DNA of 64,000 nt from the human T2T-CHM13v2.0 reference genome, Homo sapiens. Positions 38,702-52,001 of the stretch are shown here, in pieces (the first letter of the stretch is position 1; the number at the start of each line of letters is the position of its first letter). The position numbers and the translations under genes are program-made. Under the pieces are notes generated by a model. That model did not search any database and was not told the origin of the DNA. It saw only the letters and a program-made list of their open reading frames with translations. The DNA lies in NCBI RefSeq assembly GCF_009914755.1, contig NC_060948.1. One strand, given 5' to 3'.

Positions 38702-41700
38702 ATGGAATCGAACCACAAGGAATGGACAGGAATAGAATGGTCTCGAATTGAATGGAATCGTATGGAATGGCATCAAACGGAATGGAATGGACAGCCACGG
38801 AATGGAATGCACTCGAATGCAATGGAGTCGAAACTTATGGACTGGAATAGAATGGACTCGACTGGTACGGACACCAATGGAATGGAATCGAATGGAAGGG
38901 ATTCGAACGGAATGGACTCGAAGGGAAAAGACTGCAATGGAAAGGTCTCGAATGGAATGGAAATTAATGGAATGGAATGGAATCGAATGAAATGGAGTCA
39001 AAAGGAATGGAATCGAATGGCAAGAAATCGAATGTAATGGAATCGCAAGGAATTGATGTGAACGGAACGGAATGGAATGGAATCCAAAGGAATGGAATAG
39101 AATGGAATGGAATCGAATGGAAAGGACTCGAATGGAAATCACTCGAATAGAATGCAATTTAATAAAATAGGATCAAATGTAATTGAATGGAATGGAAAGG
39201 AATCGAAACGAAAGGAATGGAGACAGATGGAATGGAATGGAACAGGGAGCAATGGTATAGAATGGAATGGAATCATCTGGAATGGAATTGAATGGAATGG
39301 AATAATATGAAATGGAATGGAATGGAATGGAATGGAATGCCCTTGAATTAAATGGACTGGAATGGAATGGACTCGAACAGAGTGGAATGGAAAGTGTTGA
39401 GATAGAATGGAATGGACTCTTTTGGAATGGTCTAGTATGCAATGCAATCGACTGGCAGGGAATCAAAAGGAATGTAATCGAATGGATTAGACTGGAATGC
39501 AATGGACTCGAATAGATTGGAAACGGAATGCAAAGGAATGGAATGGAATAGTATGGAATGGAATGGAAAGGAATGGAGTGGAATAGACTAGAGTGGAATG
39601 GAATGGACTGGAAAGCAATGGACTGGAATGGAACTTTCTTGAATGGACTGGAATCAAACGGTATGGAATGCAATGCAATCAAATGGCATGGAATAAAATA
39701 GAATGAAAGAGAATCAAATGGAATTGAATCGAATGGAATCGAATGGATTGGAAAGGAATAGAATGGAATGGAATGGAATTGACTCAAATGGAATGGACTA
39801 GAATGGAATGGATTCGAATGGAAGGCAAAGGAATGGAATCTATTGGAATGGACTGTAATGGAATGGAATGGAAGGGATTGGAATGGACTCGAATGGAATG
39901 GACTGCAATAGAAAGGATTCGAATGGAATGAAAAAGAGTTGAATGGAATAGAACAGAATGGAATCAAATCGAATGAAATGGAATGGAATAGAAAGGAATG
40001 GAATGAAATGGAATGGAAAGGATTCGAATGGAATGCAATCGAATGGAATGGAATCGAACGGAATGGAATAAAATGGAAGAAAACTGGCAAGAAATGGAAT
40101 CGAAATGAATGGAGTGTTATGGAACGGACTCAAAAGGAATTGAATGTAATAGAATGGAGTGGAGTGGACTCGAATATAATGGACTGGAATGGAATGAAAT
40201 CACATGGAATGGGAACGAATGGAATGGAATGGAAAGGAATGGAATCGAATGGAAAGGAATCGAATGGAAGGGAATGAAATTGAATCAACAGGAATGGAAG
40301 GGAATAGAATAGACGGTAATGGAATGGACTCGAATAGAATGGACACGAATGCTCAAATTGAATGGACTCGAATGGAATGGAAACGAAAGGAATGTCATCG
40401 AATGGAATTGAATCGATTGGAATGAAATCGCATAGAATGGAGTGGAATCAAATGGAATTGAATCGAAAGGAAAGGAAGCGAATGGACTGAAATGAAATGG
40501 AATGGAATTGAATGGAAAGTAATGCAATGGAATAGAATGGAACGAAATTTCACGGAATGGAATCAAACTGAATGGAATCAAATCAATGGAATCAAATCAA
40601 ATGGAATGGAAAGGAATTGAATGGAGTAGATTGGATTGGATGGGATTGGAATGAAATGTACTGGAAAGGACTCGAATTTCATGAAACGGAATGGAATGAA
40701 TTGGAACGGAATGGACTCAAATGGAATGGAATGTCATGGAATGGCATCAAGTGGAATGGCATCAAATGGAATGGAATCGAATGCAATGGAATGCTATCGA
40801 ATGGAATGGAATGCATTGGAATGGAATGTCCTCTAATGGAATGGATTCGAGTGGAATGGAATCGAATATAATGGAGTCGAATGAAAAGGAATTGAAAGGA
40901 ATGGGATCGAATACAATGGAATATACTGGAATGTAATGTAATGAACTCGAATGTAATTGACTGGAATGGAATGTACATGAATGGAATGTAATCGAATGGA
41001 AAGTAATCCAATGGAATAGAATCTAATGCAATAAAATCGACTCAGATAGAGTAGAATGTAATGGAATGGAGTGCAGTGCAATGGAATGGAATGGAATGGA
41101 ATGCAATGGAATGGAATGGAATGGAATGGAATGGAATGGAATGGAATGGAATGGGATGGAATGGTATGGAATGGATAGTAATGGACTGGAATGAAATGGA
41201 CTGGAAAAGAATGGACTCAAATTGAAAGGGCTCGAAAGGAATGGAGTCAAATGGAATGGTCTGGAATGGAATGAACACGAATGTAATGCAATCCAATAGA
41301 ATGGAATCGAATGGCATGGAATATAAAGAAATGGAATCGAAGAGAATGGAAACAAATGGAATGGAATTGAATGGAATGGAATTGAATGGAATGGGAACGA
41401 ATGGAGTGAAATTGTATGCAGTAGAAGAGAATAGAATGGAATTCAAGCGAAAGGAAAGGAATGGATTGCAATGGAATGGAATTCATTGGAATGGAAGGGA
41501 ATGTAGTGTAATGGACAGGCCTGGAATAAAGTGGAATGTTACGGTCTCGAATGGAATAAAAATGTATGGAATGGAATGCAATGAAACGGAATCGAATGTC
41601 ATAGAATGTAATGGAATGCAAAAAAATGGAATCCAAAATCATTGACAGGAAAGGCTGGGTGTCGAAAGGAATTGACTCCAATGGAATGGAATCGAATGGA

Positions 41701-42255
41701 ATGGAAGTGAATAGAATCGAACTAAATCGAATGGAATGGAATTGATAGGAACGGAATGGAAAGGAATGCAATGATTTGGCATGGAATGGAATCGAATGGC
41801 ATCGAATGGAATGGAATGGAATGCAATGGAATGGAATGTATTAGAATGTAATGAACTTTAATGGAATGTACTCGAATGGATTCGACTGGAATGGAATGTT
41901 CTGGAAGTGAATGGACTCCAATGGAATGGATTCAAAAGGAATGGAATCGTACGGAATGGAATCTAATGGAATGGAATTAAATGGAAATGAATCAAATTGA
42001 ATAGCACGGAATTGAATTGAATGGAATGGAATGCAATGGAATCTAATGAAACGGAAAGGAAAGGAATGGAATGGAATGGAATGGGCTGGAATGGAAAGGA
42101 ATCGAAACGAATGGAATGGAATCGAACTGAAGAGACTGCAATGGAATGCACTGGAATGGAAGGTTCTCGAAATAAATGGAATCGAATGGAATGGAATTGA
42201 ATGGAACGGAATAGTGTCGAATGGAATTGAATGGAATGGAATGGACTAGAGTGAA
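38702..42255. repeat. DYZ1 unit 12 (3554 bp; mostly unit-10-like)
   Basis: Anchor 38702 to 42256. Confidence 0.95.
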
Positions 42256-45200
42256 ATGGAATCGAACCACAAGGAATGGACAGGAATAGAATGGTCTCGA
42301 ATTGAATGGAATCGTATGGAATGGCATCAAACGGAATGGAATGGACAGCCACGGAATGGAATGCACTCGAATGCAATGGAGTCGAAAGTAATGGACTGGA
42401 ATAGAATGGACTCGACTGGTACGGACTCCAATGTAATGGAATCGAATGGAAGGGAATCGAACGGAAGGGAATCGAACGGAATGGACTCGAAGGGAAAAGA
42501 CTGCAATGGAAAGGTCTCGAATGGAATGGAAATTAATGGAATGGAGTGGAATCGAATGAAATGGAGTCAAAAGGAATGGAATCGAATGGCAAGAAATCGA
42601 ATGTAATGGAATCGCCAGGAATTGATGTAAACGGAACGGAATGGAATGGAATCCAAAGGAATGGAATAGAATGGAATGGAATCGAATGGAAAGGACTCGA
42701 ATGGAAATCACTCGAATAGAATGCAATTTAATAAAATAGGATCAAATGTAATGGAATGGAATGGAAAGGAATCGAAAGAAAGGAATGGAGACAGATGGAA
42801 TGGAATGGAACAGAGAACAATGGTATAGAATGGAATGGAATCATCTGGAATGGAATTGAATGGAATGGAATAATATGAAATGGAATGGAATGGAATGGAA
42901 TGGAATGCCCTTGAATTAAATGGACTGGAATGGAATGGACTCAAACAGAGTGGAATGGAAAGTGTGGAGATAGAATGGAATGAACTCCTTTGGAATGGTG
43001 TAGTATGCAATGCAATCGACTGGCAGGGAATCAAAAGGAATGTAATCGAATGGATTGGACTGGAATGCAATGGACTCGAATAGATTGGAAACGGAATGCA
43101 AAGGAATGGAATGGAATAGTATGGAATGCAATGGAAGGGAATGGAGTGGAATAGACTAGAGTGGAATGGAATGGACTGGAAAGCAATGGACTGGAATGGA
43201 ACTTTCTTGAATGGACTGGAATCAAACGGAATGGAATGCAATGCAATCAAATGGCATGGAATAAAATAGAATGAAAGAGAATCAAATGGAATTGAATCGA
43301 ATGGAATCGAATGGATTGGAAAGGAATAGAATGGAATGGAATGGAATTGACTCAAATGGAATGGACTAGAATGGAATGGATTCGAATGGAAGGCAAAGGA
43401 ATGGAATCTATTGGAATGGACTGTAATGGAATGGAATGGAAGGGATTGGAATGGACTCGAATGGAATGGACTGCAATAGAAAGGATTCGAATGGAATGAA
43501 AAAGAATTGAATGGAATAGAACAGAATGGAATCAAATCGAATGAAATGGAATGGAATAGAAAGGAATGGAATGAAATGGAATGGAAAGGATTCGAATGGA
43601 ATGCAATCGAATGGAATGGAATCGAACGGAATGGAATAAAATGGAAGAAAACTGGCAAGAAATGGAATCGAAATGAATGGAGTGTTATGGAACGGACTCA
43701 AAAGGAATTGAATGTAATAGAATGGAGTGGAGTGGACTCGAATATAATGGACTGGAATGGAATGAAATCACATGGAATGGGAACGAATGGAATGGAATGG
43801 AAAGGAATGGAATCGAATGGAAAGGAATCGAATGGAAGGGAATGAAATTGAATCAACAGGAATGGAAGGGAATAGAATAGACGGTAATGGAATGGACTCG
43901 AATAGAATGGACACGAATGCTCAAATTGAATGGACTCGAATGGAATGGAAACGAAAGGAATGTCATCGAATGGAATTGAATCGATTGGAATGAAATCGCA
44001 TAGAATGGAGTGGAATCAAATGGAATTGAATCGAAAGGAAAGGAAGCGAATGGACTGAAATGAAATGGAATGGAATTGAATGAAAAGTAATGCAATGGAA
44101 TAGAATGGAACGAAATTTCACGGAATGGAATCAAACTGAATGGAATCAAATCAATGGAATCAAATCAAATGGAATGGAAAGGAATTGAATGGAGTAGATG
44201 GGATTGGATGGGATTGGAATGAAATGTACTGGAAAGGACTCGAATTTCATGAAACGGAATGGAATGAATTGGAACGGAATGGACTCGAATGGAATGGAAT
44301 GTCATGGGATGGCATCAAATGGAATGACATCAAATGGAATGGAATCGAATGCAATGGAATGCTATGGAATGGAATGGAATGCATTGGAATGGAATGTCCT
44401 CTAATGGAATGGATTCGAGTGGAATGGAATCGAATATAATGGAGTCGAATGAAATGGAATTGAAAGGAATGGGATCGAATACAATGGAATATACTGGAAT
44501 ATAACGTAATGAACTCGAATGTAATTGACTGGAATGGAATGTACATGAATGGAATGTAATCGAATGGAAAGTAATCCAATGGAATAGAATCTAATGCAAT
44601 AAAATCGACTCAGATAGAGTAGAATGTAATGGAATGGAGTGCAGTGCAATGGAATGGAATGGAATGGAATGCAATGGAATGGAATGGAATGGAATGGAAT
44701 GGAATGGAATGGGATGGAATGGTATGGAATGGATAGTAATGGACTGGAGTGAAATGGACTGGAAAGGAATGGACTCAAATTGAAAGGGCTCGAAAGGAAT
44801 GGAGTCAAATGGAATGGTCTGGAATGGAATGAACACGAATGTAATGCAACCCAATAGAATGGAATCGAATGGCATGGAATATAAAGAAATGGAATCGAAG
44901 AGAATGGAAACAAATGGAATGGAATTGAATGGAATGGAATTGAATGGAATGGGAACGAATGGAGTGAAATTGTATGCAGTAGAAGAGAATAGAATGGAAT
45001 GCAAGCGAAAGGAAAGGAATGGATTGGAATGGAATGGAATTCATTGGAATGGAAGGGAATGTAGTGTAATGGACAGGCCTGGAATAAAGTGGAATGCTAC
45101 GGTCTCTAATGGAATAAAAATGTATGGAATGGAATGCAATGAAACGGAATCGAATGTCATAGAATGTAATGGAATGCAAAAAAATGGAATCCAAAATCAT

Positions 45201-45813
45201 TGACTGGAAAGGCTGGGTGTCGAAAGGAATTGACTCCAATGGAATGGAATCGAATGAAATGGAAGTGAATAGAATCGAACTAAATCGAATGGAATGGAAT
45301 TGATAGGAACGGAATGGAAAGGAATGCAATGATTTGGCATGGAATGGAATCGAATGGCATCGAATGGAATGGAATGGAATGCAATGGAATGGAATGTATT
45401 AGAATGTAATGAACTTTAATGGAATGTACTCGAATGGATTCGACTGGAATGGAATGTTCTGGAAGTGAATGGACTCCAATGGAATGGATTCCAAAGGAAT
45501 GGAATCGTACGGAATGGAATCTAATGGAATGGAATTAAATGGAAATGAATCAAATTGAATAGCACGGAATTGAATTGAATGGAATGGAATGCAATGGAAT
45601 CTAATGAAACGGAAAGGAAAGGAATGGAATGGAATGGAATGGGCTGGAATGGAAAGGAATCGAAACGAATGGAATGGAATCGAAGTGAAGAGACTGCAAT
45701 GGAATGCACTGGAATGGAAAGTTCTCGAAAAAAATGGAATCGAATGGAATGGAATTGAATGGAACGGAATAGTGTCGAATGGAATTGAATGGAATGGAAT
45801 GGACTAGAGTGAA
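42256..45813. repeat. DYZ1 unit 13 (3558 bp)
   Basis: Anchor 42256 to 45814. Confidence 0.95.
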
Positions 45814-48432
45814 ATGGAATCGAACCACAAGGAATGGACAGGAATAGAATGGTCTCGAATTGAATGGAATCGTATGGAATGGCATCAAACGGAATGGAAT
45901 GGACAGCCACGGAATGGAATGCACTCGAATGCAATGGAGTCGAAACTAATGGACTGGAATAGAATGGACTCGACTGGTACGGACTCCAATGGAATGGAAT
46001 CGAATGGAAGGGAATCGAACGGAAGGGAATCGAACGGAATGGACTCGAAGGGAAAAGACTGCAATGGAAAGGTCTCGAATTGAATGGAAATTAATGGAAT
46101 GGAATGGAATCGAATGAAATGGAGTCAAAAGGAATGGAATCGAATGGCAAGAAATCGAATGTAATGGAATCGCCAGGAATTGATGTGAACGGAACGGAAT
46201 GGAATAGAATCCAAAGGAATGGAATAGAATGGAATGGAATCGAATGGAAAGGACTCGAATGGAAATCACTCGAATAGAATGCAATTTAATAAAATAGGAT
46301 CAAATGTAATGGAATGGAATGGAAAGGAATCGAAACGAAAGGAATGGAGACAGATGGAATGGAATGGGACAGAGAGCAATGGTATAGAATGGAATGGAAT
46401 CATCTGGAATGGAATTGAATGGAATGGAATAATATGAAATGGAATGGAATGGAATGGAATGGAATGCCCTTGAATTAAATGGACTGGAATGGAATGGACT
46501 CAAACAGAGTGGAATGGAAAGTGTGGAGATAGAATGGAATGAACTCCTTTAGAATGGTGTAGTTTGCAATGCAATCGACTGGCAGGGAATCAAAAGGAAT
46601 GTAATCGAATGGATTGGACTGGAATGCAATGGACTCGAATAGATTGGAAACGGAATGCAAAGGAATGGAATGGAATAGTATGGAATGCAATGGAAGGGAA
46701 TGGAGTGGAATAGACTAGAGTGGAATGGAATGGACTGGAAAGCAATGGACTGGAATGGAACTTTCTTGGATGGACTGGAATCAAACGGAATGGAATGCAA
46801 TGCAATCAAATGGCATGGAATAAAATAGAATGAAAGAGAATCAAATGGAATTGAATCGAATGGAATCGAATGGATTGGAAAGGAATAGAATGGAATGGAA
46901 TGGAATTGACTCAAATGGAATGGACTAGAATGGAATGGATTCGAATGGAAGGCAAAGGAATGGAATCTATTGGAATGGACTGTAATGGAATGGAATGGAA
47001 GGGATTGGAATGGACTCGAATGGAATGGACTGCAATAGAAAGGATTCGAATGGAATGAAAAAGAATTGAATGGAATAGAACAGAATGGAATCAAATCGAA
47101 TGAAAGGGAATGGAATAGAAAGGAATGGAATGAAATGGAATGGAAAGGATTCGAATGGAATGCAATCGAATGGAATGGAATCGAACGGAATGGAATAAAA
47201 TGGAAGAAAACTGGCAAGAAATGGAATCGAAATGAATGGAGTGTTATGGAACGGACTCAAAAGGAATTGAATGTAACAGAATGGAGTGGAGTGGACTCGA
47301 ATATAATGGACTGGAATGGAATGAAATCACATGGAATGGGAACGAATGGAATGGAATGGAAAGGAATGGAATCGAATGGAAAGGAATCGAATGGAAGGGA
47401 ATGAAATTGAATCAACAGGAATGGAAGGGAATAGAATAGACTGTAATGGAATGGAATCGAATAGAATGGACACGAATGCTCAAATTAAATGGACTCGAAT
47501 GGAATGGAAACGAAAGGAATGTCATCGAATGGAATTGAATCGATTGGAATGAAATCGCATAGAATGGAGTGGAATCAAATGGAATTGAATCGAAAGGAAA
47601 GGAAGCGAATGGACTGAAATGAAATGGAATGGAATTGAATGGAAAGTAATGCAATGGAATAGAATGGAACGAAATTTCACGGAATGGAATCAAACTGAAT
47701 GGAATCAAATCAATGGAATCAAATCAAATGGAATGGAAAGGAATTGAATGGAGTAGATGGGATTGGATGGGATTGGAATGAAATGTACTGGAAAGGACTC
47801 GAATTTCATGAAACGGAATGGAATGAATTGGAACGGAATGGAGTCGAATGGAATGGAATGTCATGGGATGGCATCAAATGTAATGGCATCAAATGGAATG
47901 GAATCGAATGCAATGGAATGCTATGGAATGGAATGGAATGCATTGGAATGGAATGTCCTCTAATGGAATGGATTCGAGTGGAATGGAATCGAATATAATG
48001 GAGTCGAATGAAATGGAATTGAAAGGAATGGGATCGAATACAATGGAATATACTGGAATGTAACGTAATGAACTCGAATGTAATTGACTGGAATGGAATG
48101 TACATGAATGGAATGTAATCGAATGGAAAGTAATCGAATGGAATAGAATCTAATGCAATAAAATCGACTCAGATAGAGTAGAATGTAATGGAATGGAGTG
48201 CAGTGCAATGGAATGGAATGGAATGGAATGCAATGGAATGGAATGGGCTGGAATGGAAAGGAATCGAAACGAATGGAATGGAATCGAACTGAAGAGACTG
48301 GAATGGAATGCACTGGAATGGAAGGGAGTGTAATGGAAGGTTCTCGAAAAAAATGGAATCGAATGGAATGGAATTGAATGGAACGGAATAGAGTCGAATG
48401 GAATTGAATGGAATGGAATGGACTAGAGTGAA
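45814..48432. repeat. DYZ1 unit 14, internally deleted (2619 bp)
   Basis: Anchor 45814 to 48433; ~950-955 bp missing at ~48232-48247; no GGCC or GAATTC site. Confidence 0.95.
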
Positions 48433-51400
48433 ATGGAATCGAACCACAAGGAATGGACAGGAATAGAATGGTCTCGAATTGAATGGAATCGTATGGAATG
48501 GCATCAAACGGAATGGAATGGACAGCCACGGAATGGAATGCACTCGAATGCAATGGAGTCGAAACTAATGGACTGGAATAGAATGGACTCGACTGGTACG
48601 GACTCCAATGGAATGGAATCGAATGGAAGGGAATCGAACGGAAGGGAATCGAACGGAATGGACTCGAAGGGAAAAGACTGCAATGGAAAGGTCTCGAATG
48701 GAATGGAAATTAATGGAATGGAATGGAATCGAATGAAATGGAGTCAAAAGGAATCGAATCGAATGGCAAGAAATCGAATGTAATGGAATCGCCAGGAATT
48801 GATGTGAACGGAACGGAATGGAATGGAATCCAAAGGAATGGAATAGAATGGAATGGAATCGAATGGAAAGGACTCGAATGGAAATCACTCGAATAGAATG
48901 CAATTTAATAAAATAGGATCAAATGTAATGGAATGGAATGGAAAGGAATCGAAACGAAAGGAATGGAGACAGATGGAATGGAATGGAACAGAGAGCAATG
49001 GTATAGAATGGAATGGAATCATCTGGAATGGAATTGAATGGAATGGAATAATATGAAATGGAATGGAATGGAATGGAATGGAATGCCCTTGAATTAAATG
49101 GACTGGAATGGAATGGACTCAAACAGAGTGGAATGGAAAGTGTGGAGATAGAATGGAATGAACTCCTTTGGAATGGTGTAGTATGCAATGCAATAGACTG
49201 GCAGGGAATCAAAAGGAATGTAATCGAATGGATTGGACTGGAATGCAATGGACTCGAATAGATTGGAAAGGGAATGCAAAGGAATGGAATGGAATAGTAT
49301 GGAATGCAATGGAAGGGAATGGAGTGGAATAGACTAGAGTGGAATGGAATGGACTGGAAAGCAATGGACTGGAATGGAACTTTCTTGGATGGACTGGAAT
49401 CAAACGGAATGGAATGCAATGCAGTCAAATGGCATGGAATAAAATAGAATGAAAGAGAATCAAATGGAATTGAATCGAATGGAATCGAATGGATTGGAAA
49501 GGAATAGAATGGAATGGAATGGAATTGACTCAAATGGAATGGACTAGAATGGAATGGATTCGAATGGAAGGCAAAGGAATGGAATCTATTGGAATGGACT
49601 GTAATGGAATGGAATGGAAGGGATTGGAATGGACTCGAATGGAATGGACTGCAATAGAAAGGATTCGAATGGAATGAAAAAGAATTGAATGGAATAGAAC
49701 AGAATGGAATCAAATCGAATGAAATGGAATGGAATAGAAAGGAATGGAATGAAATGCAATGGAAAGGATTCGAATGGAATGCAATCGAATGGAATGGAAT
49801 CGAACGGAATGGAATAAAATGGAAGAAAACTGGCAAGAAATGGAATCGAAATGAATGGAGTGTTATGGAACGGACTCAAAAGGAATTGAATGTAACAGAA
49901 TGGAGTGGAGTGGACTCGAATATAATGGACTGGAATGGAATGAAATCACATGGAATGGGAACGAATGGAATGGAATGGAAAGGAATGGAATCGAATGGAA
50001 AGGAATCGAATGGAAGGGAATGAAATTGAATCAACAGGAATGGAAGGGAATAGAATAGACTGTAATGGAATGGACTCGAATAGAATGGACACGAATGCTC
50101 AAATTAAATGGACTCGAATGGAATGGAAACGAAAGGAATGTCATCGAATGGAATTGAATCGATTGGAATGAAATCGCATAGAATGGAGTGGAATCAAATG
50201 GAATTGAATCGAAAGGAAAGGAAGCGAATGGACTGAAATGAAATGGAATGGAATTGAATGGAAAGTAATGCAATGGAATAGAATGGAACGAAATTTCACG
50301 GAATGGAATCAAACTGAATGGAATCAAATCAATGGAATCAAATCAAATGGAATGGAAAGGAATTGAATGGAGTAGATGGGATTGGATGGGATTGGAATGA
50401 AATGTACTGGAAAGGACTCGAATTTCATGAAACGGAATGGAATGAATTGGAACGGAATGGACTCGAATGGAATGGAATGTCATGGGATGGCATCAAATGT
50501 AATGGCATCAAATGGAATGGAATCGAATGCAATGGAATGCCATGGAATGGAATGGAATGCATTGGAATGGAATGTCCTCTAATGGAATGGATTCGAGTGG
50601 AATGGAATTGAATATAATGGAGTCGAATGAAATGGAATTGAAAGGAATGGGATCGAATACAATGGAATATACTGGAATGTAACGTAATGAACTCGAATGT
50701 AATTAACTGGAATGGAATGTACATGAATGGAATGTAATCGAATGGAAAGTAATCCAATGGAATAGAATCTAATGCAATAAAATCGACTCAGATAGAGTAG
50801 AATGTAATGGAATGGAGTGCAGTGAAATGGAATGGAATGGAATGGAATGCAATGGAATGGAATGGAATGGAATGGAATGGAATGGAATGGAATGGAATGG
50901 GATGGAATGGTATGGAATGGATAGTAATGGACTGGAGTGAAATGGACTGGAAAGGAATGGACTCAAATTGAAAGGGCTCGAAAGGAATGGAGTCAAATGG
51001 AATGGTCTGGAATGGAATGAACACGAATGTAATGCAACCCAATAGAATGGAATCGAATGGCATGGAATATAAAGAAATGGAATCGAAGAGAATGGAAACA
51101 AATGGAATGGAATTGAATGGAATGGGAACGAATGGAGTGAAATTGTATGCAGTAGAAGAGAATAGAATGGAATGCAAGCGAAAGGAAAGGAATGGATTGG
51201 AATGGAATGGAATTCATTGGAATGGAAGGGAATGTAGTGTAATGGACAGGCCTGGAATAAAGTGGAATGCTACGGTCTCGAATGGAATAAAAATGTATGG
51301 AATGGAATGCAATGAAACGGAATCGAATGTCATAGAATGTAATGGAATGCAAAAAAATGGAATCCAAAATCATTGACTGGAAAGGCTGGGTGTCGAAAGG

Positions 51401-52001
51401 AATTGACTCCAATGGAATGGAATCGAATGGAATGGAAGTGAATAGAATCGAACTAAATCGAATGGAATGGAATTGATAGGAACGGAATGGAAAGGAATGC
51501 AATGATTTGGCATGGAATGGAATCGAATGGCATCGAATGGAATGGAATGGAATGCAATGGAATGGAATGTATTAGAATGTAATGAACTTTAATGGAATGT
51601 ACTCGAATGGATTCGACTGGAATGGAAAGTTCTGGAAGTGAATGGACTCCAATGGAATGGATTCAAAAGGAATGGAATCGTACGGAATGGAATCTAATGG
51701 AATGGAATTAAATGGAAATGAATCAAATTGAATAGCACGGAATTGAATTGAATGGAATCGAATGCAATGGAATCTAATGAAACGGAAAGGAAAGGAATGG
51801 AATGGAATGGAATGGGCTGGAATGGAAAGGAATCGAAACGAATGGAATGGAATCGAACTGAAGAGACTGGAATGGAATGCACTGGAATGGAAGGGAGTGT
51901 AATGGAAGGTTCTCGAAAAAAATGGAATCGAATGGAATGGAATTGAATGGAACGGAATGGAGTTGAATGGAATTGAATGGAATGGAATGGACTAGAGTGA
52001 T
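48433..52001. repeat. DYZ1 unit 15 (3569 bp)
   Basis: Anchor 48433 to 52002. Confidence 0.95.
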
